Source of the DNA: Macrostomum lignano
Taxonomy: Eukaryota
Reading direction: 5' to 3'
NCBI GenBank assembly: GCA_002269645.1
Contig: NIVC01002841.1
Location: forward strand, 1-33,059
Length of the DNA: 33,059 nucleotides
Shown here: piece after piece, positions 31,967 through 33,059 of the stretch
Numbering within the stretch: the stretch's first letter is position 1
Layout of the letters: every line of letters begins with the position of its first letter
Notes under the pieces: model-generated
The model's input: the letters and a program-made list of their open reading frames with translations, nothing else
Told to the model about the DNA's origin: nothing
Database searches by the model: none
Program-made: the position numbers and the translations under genes

Positions 31967-32907
31967 GGTTCATGGGTCAGTGGGTTCAGGGTTCAGCGGG
32001 TTCAGGATCAGTGGGTTCAGGGATCAGTGGTTCAGGGATCAGTGAGTTCAGGGATCAGTGGGTTCATGGGTCCAGTGGGTTCAGGATCAGTGGTTAAGAG
32101 ATCAGTAGTTCAGGGATCAGTGGGTTCAGGGATCAGTGGGCTCAGGGATCAGTGGGTTAAGAGATCAGTGAGTTCAGGATCAGTGAGTTCATGGGTTCAG
32201 TGGGTTCAGGGTTCAGCGGGTTAAGGGATCAGTAGGTTCAGGGATCAGTGGGTTAAGAGATCAGTGAGTTCAGGGATCAGTGTGTTAAGGGATCAGTGGG
32301 TTAAGGATCAGTGGGTTAAGAGATCAGTGAGTTCAGGGATCAGTGAGTTCAGGGATCAGTGGGTTCATGGGTTCAGTGGGTTCAGGGTTCAGCGGGTTAA
32401 GGGATCAGTAGGTTCAGGATCAGTGAGTTCAGGGATCAGTGAGTTCAGGGATCAGTGAGTTCAGGGATCAGTGGGTTAAGGGATCAGTGGGTTCAGGGTT
32501 CAGCGGGTTCAGGGATCAGTGGGCTCAGGGATCAGTGAGTTCAGGGATCAGTGGGTTAAGGGATCAGTGGGTTCAGGGTTCAGCGGGTTCAGGGATCAGT
32601 GGGCTCAGGGATCAGTGGTTCAGCGGATCAGTGGGTTAAGGGATCAGTGGGCTCAGGGATCAGTGGGCTCAGGATCAGTGGGCTCAAGGATCAGTGGGCT
32701 CAGGATCAGTGGGCTCAGGGATCAGTGGGCTCAGGATCAGTGGGTTCAGGGATCAGTGGGTTCAGGGATCAGTGGGCTCAGGAATCAGTGGGCTCAGGAA
32801 TCAGTGGGTTCAAGGATCAGTGGGCTCAGGGATCAGTGGGCTCAGGGATCAGTGGTTCAGGGATCAGTGGGTTCAGGGATCAGTGGGCTCAGGAATCAGT
32901 GGGTTCA
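31967..32907 (+). repeat. G-rich minisatellite of about 59 variant copies of a 16-bp unit GGGATCAGTGGG(T/C)TCA
   Basis: The repeat reads directly as gggatcagtgggttca, with variants ...ctca, ...ttaa, gagttca and 15-nt ggatca units. The strand asymmetry is strong (G-rich plus strand). Confidence 0.97.
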
Positions 32908-33059
32908 TATGGTTCAAATTCAAGCGTGTTCATATTTCAGAAAGCTAGATTTTTCAAAGTTTAGAAGGCTCAATAGGTTCAGTGACTCCTCGAGTCTCGG
33001 GTGACTCAGGCGACTCCTGTGACTCAGAGGCGATCTTCAGCCGAGGCAAAGGCGGCTCA

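Noticed and set aside
32027-33004. GSVGSGISG/RDQWVQ-type ORFs
   Set aside because: Translations of a 16-bp minisatellite that cycles through frames, with frequent 15-nt units and TAA-forming variants. There is no sign of frame conservation.

Overview
About 30.6 of the 33 kb is one minus-strand reading frame for a giant repeat protein of more than 10,000 aa. It consists of array A (about 25.6 x 354 bp, 118 aa per unit, 21507-30566), a unique 370-codon AT-richer segment (20396-21506), and array B (at least 74.7 x 273 bp, 91 aa per unit, 1-20395, running off the left edge). The two units are homologous: they share a 56-aa predicted three-helix module (28/56 identical, ungapped) joined by different acidic, Pro/Glu-rich linkers. 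Two single-C losses relative to the repeat consensus, at about 602 and 30551, distort both ends of the ORF. Restoring them gives an ATG start at 30595 (MERKSSEKALKQPPEEAAP...) and no stop inside the window. Upstream lie about 1.35 kb of AT-rich, apparently non-coding DNA and a roughly 940-bp G-rich 16-bp minisatellite with telomere-like heptamers, G-quadruplex motifs and higher-order duplications. I do not recognise the protein family or the organism. The lack of a Shine-Dalgarno site, the Kozak-like start and the minisatellite lean eukaryotic, which is inference. I saw no rRNA, tRNA, CRISPR or mobile element. All other ORFs in the track are by-products of the repeats.
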